Assembly (NCBI GenBank): GCA_900617105.1 | Contig: UYFQ01000006.1 | Location: forward strand, 310,001 to 374,000 | Reading direction: 5' to 3' | DNA from: Hydrurus foetidus | Taxonomy: Eukaryota | DNA: 64,000 nt | Part shown: positions 61,826-64,000 of the stretch, one piece after another | Layout: each line of letters begins with the position of its first letter | How positions within the stretch are numbered: the stretch's first letter is position 1 | Program-made: the position numbers and the translations under genes | Notes under the pieces: generated by a model | Database searches by the model: none | Told to the model about the DNA's origin: nothing | The model's input: the letters and a program-made list of their open reading frames with translations, nothing else

Positions 61826-62920
61826 GGGCAGTCCTATAAATTCCCAAATCCAGTCAACGCATAAACGATATAAATCGTTTATCTAAGAAGCCTCCTAATC
61901 ACAAGCCATGATGCAAAGCAGTTTTTTTGACCTCGACAAGAGGTACGCGAAGTTGAGCGAGGCCGGAGATCCGCTGGAGCGGTTGAATGAGGCAATTGAC
62001 TGGGAGATGTTTCGCACGACGCTCGAGCGCATAGATGTAAAGCCACGCAAAAGCGCAGCAGGACGTCCACCAACCTGCCGAATCGTGATGTTCAAGATGC
62101 TGCTGCTCCAGCGCCTGCATCAACTCTCAGACGAGCGCTTGGAATACCAAGTGACGGACCGGCTGTCGTTCATGCGGTTTTTAGGGTTGGAGTTGGCTGG
62201 ACTTGTACCTGACTCAAGAACCGTCTGGGCCTTTCGCGAAGCGCTCAAGAAGAGCGACCTGATGCAGCCCCTGCTGGACAAGCTGACCCAAGCGCTAGGG
62301 GATATGGGCGTGGAACTCAAAAGTGGGCAAATCATAGATGCCAGCTTTATCCCCGTACCCATCCAGCGCAATGGGCGCGAAGAGAATGCCCAACTCAAAG
62401 CAGGCAAGACCACCGAAGAGTGGATGGACAACGCAAACAAGCTACGGCACAAAGACGTAGATGCCCGCTGGACAAAGAAAAGCGGGCAAAGCCACTACGG
62501 CTACAAGAACCACATCAACATCGACAAAGACACCAAGCTGATCACGGCGCATGCGTGTACAGATGCCAGCGTTCACGACAGCCAAGAGCTTGATACCGTG
62601 CTGCGCACACCAGAAGAGGGTGGCAAAGACACGTGGGCAGACAGCGCCTACCGCTCAGAGGAGCAGGAAAAGGCGCTCCAGGCCAGCCAACACAGCAGCC
62701 ACATCCATGAGCGGGCGTATCGCAACCATCCTCTGACGGAGGAACAAAAGGCCACCAACAAAACCAAGTCCAAAGTACGCGCTCGCGTTGAGCATGTCTT
62801 TGGGCACATGGAAAACACAATGGGCGGCATGGGCCTGCGCACCATCGGACTCGCTCGCGCCAAAGTGGGCGTGGCGTTGATGAACCTCACCTACAACATC
62901 AGCCGCATTGAGATACTCAT
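61826..62920 (+). mobile_element. IS5-family element copy 1 (1095 bp), lacking a visible right end
   Basis: Begins GGGCAGTCCTATAAA; the same sequence restarts at 62921 with no intervening stop codon or right TIR. Confidence 0.88.
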
Positions 62921-62981
62921 GGGCAGTCCTATAAATTCCCAAATCCAGTCAACGCATAAACGATATAAATCGTTTATCTAA
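61908..62981 (+). CDS. IS5-family transposase, copy 1 (C-terminus read through into copy 2 left end)
   Basis: DPLERL..IDW, GRPP, DRLSFMRFLG, IIDAS, YGYKNH, ADSAY, RARVEHVFG; tail GSPINSQ... is encoded by the next copy's left end. Confidence 0.9.
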   Translation: MMQSSFFDLDKRYAKLSEAGDPLERLNEAIDWEMFRTTLERIDVKPRKSAAGRPPTCRIVMFKMLLLQRLHQLSDERLEYQVTDRLSFMRFLGLELAGLVPDSRTVWAFREALKKSDLMQPLLDKLTQALGDMGVELKSGQIIDASFIPVPIQRNGREENAQLKAGKTTEEWMDNANKLRHKDVDARWTKKSGQSHYGYKNHINIDKDTKLITAHACTDASVHDSQELDTVLRTPEEGGKDTWADSAYRSEEQEKALQASQHSSHIHERAYRNHPLTEEQKATNKTKSKVRARVEHVFGHMENTMGGMGLRTIGLARAKVGVALMNLTYNISRIEILMGSPINSQIQSTHKRYKSFI

Positions 62982-64000
62982 GAAGCCTCCTAATCACAAG
63001 CCATGATGCAAAGCAGTTTTTTTGACCTCGACAAGAGGTACGCGAAGTTGAGCGAGGCCGGAGATCCGCTGGAGCGGTTGAATGAGGCAATTGACTGGGA
63101 GATGTTTCGCACGACGCTCGAGCGCATAGATGTAAAGCCACGCAAAAGCGCAGCAGGACGTCCACCAACCTGCCGAATCGTGATGTTCAAGATGCTGCTG
63201 CTCCAGCGCCTGCATCAACTCTCAGACGAGCGCTTGGAATACCAAGTGACGGACCGGCTGTCGTTCATGCGGTTTTTAGGGTTGGAGTTGGCTGGACTTG
63301 TACCTGACTCAAGAACCGTCTGGGCCTTTCGCGAAGCGCTCAAGAAGAGCGACCTGATGCAGCCCCTGCTGGACAAGCTGACCCAAGCGCTAGGGGATAT
63401 GGGCGTGGAACTCAAAAGTGGGCAAATCATAGATGCCAGCTTTATCCCCGTACCCATCCAGCGCAATGGGCGCGAAGAGAATGCCCAACTCAAAGCAGGC
63501 AAGACCCCCGAAGAGTGGATGGACAACGCAAACAAGCTACGGCACAAAGACGTAGATGCCCGCTGGACAAAGAAAAGCGGGCAAAGCCACTACGGCTACA
63601 AGAACCACATCAACATCGACAAAGACACCAAGCTGATCACGGCGCATGCGTGTACAGATGCCAGCGTTCACGACAGCCAAGAGCTTGATACCGTGCTGCG
63701 CACACCAGAAGAGGGTGGCAAAGACACGTGGGCAGACAGCGCCTACCGCTCAGAGGAGCAGGAAAAGGCGCTCCAGGCCAGCCAACACAGCAGCCACATC
63801 CATGAGCGGGCGTATCGCAACCATCCTCTGACGGAGGAACAAAAGGCCACCAACAAAACCAAGTCCAAAGTACGCGCTCGCGTTGAGCATGTCTTTGGGC
63901 ACATGGAAAACACAATGGGCGGCATGGGCCTGCGCACCATCGGACTCGCTCGCGCCAAAGTGGGCGTGGCGTTGATGAACCTCACCTACAACATCAGCCG
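62921..64000 (+). mobile_element. IS5-family element copy 2, running off the window
   Basis: Matches copy 1 at offset 1095; one difference noticed (62412 A vs 63507 C). Confidence 0.9.
63003..64000 (+). CDS. IS5-family transposase, copy 2 (partial at window edge)
   Basis: ATG at 63003 = 61908+1095; same open frame to the end of the window. Confidence 0.88.
   Translation, partial: MMQSSFFDLDKRYAKLSEAGDPLERLNEAIDWEMFRTTLERIDVKPRKSAAGRPPTCRIVMFKMLLLQRLHQLSDERLEYQVTDRLSFMRFLGLELAGLVPDSRTVWAFREALKKSDLMQPLLDKLTQALGDMGVELKSGQIIDASFIPVPIQRNGREENAQLKAGKTPEEWMDNANKLRHKDVDARWTKKSGQSHYGYKNHINIDKDTKLITAHACTDASVHDSQELDTVLRTPEEGGKDTWADSAYRSEEQEKALQASQHSSHIHERAYRNHPLTEEQKATNKTKSKVRARVEHVFGHMENTMGGMGLRTIGLARAKVGVALMNLTYNIS

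Noticed and set aside
57581..61864. Long plus-strand ORFs (629 aa and 459 aa)
   Set aside because: Antisense to fadD and pnt genes, which have clear motifs.

Overview
Chromosomal window from a GC-rich betaproteobacterium; gene order and protein sequences point to Comamonadaceae (Rhodoferax-like), which is inference. Left part (1-22350, minus strand): a reductive pyrimidine catabolism operon (preT-preA-hydA-nucleoside-type ABC transporter-cytosine deaminase-M20 carbamoylase-histidine kinase-response regulator) with a sigma54 promoter and a RutR-like operator. Downstream is a second operon (Liv-type ABC transporter-MlrC/M81 hydrolase) that ends in a near-identical second copy of the carbamoylase gene, plus a solitary Fic gene with a non-canonical motif. 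Middle part: DUF2798, mazEF-like TA, rocD-Lrp, lptE-leuS, a DUF433/PIN-like TA pair, exbBD, dapB, bamE, fur, hprK, ptsN, hpf, MFS, patatin and corA with a structured leader. After an 850-bp IS5-family element comes a 17-gene minus-strand catabolic cluster for an unknown aromatic or N-heterocyclic compound (SDR, cupin, hydrolase, IclR, SDR, ThDP enzyme, nadX, aldehyde dehydrogenase, extradiol-type VOC, two Bug proteins, small HTH, Rieske oxygenase, reductase, porin, aminotransferase, RidA). The right end carries mtnN, fadD, pntA1-A2-B and a head-to-tail tandem pair of IS5-family copies running off the window. No rRNA, tRNA or CRISPR array was recognised. All calls come from reading motifs by eye; no database searches were run.
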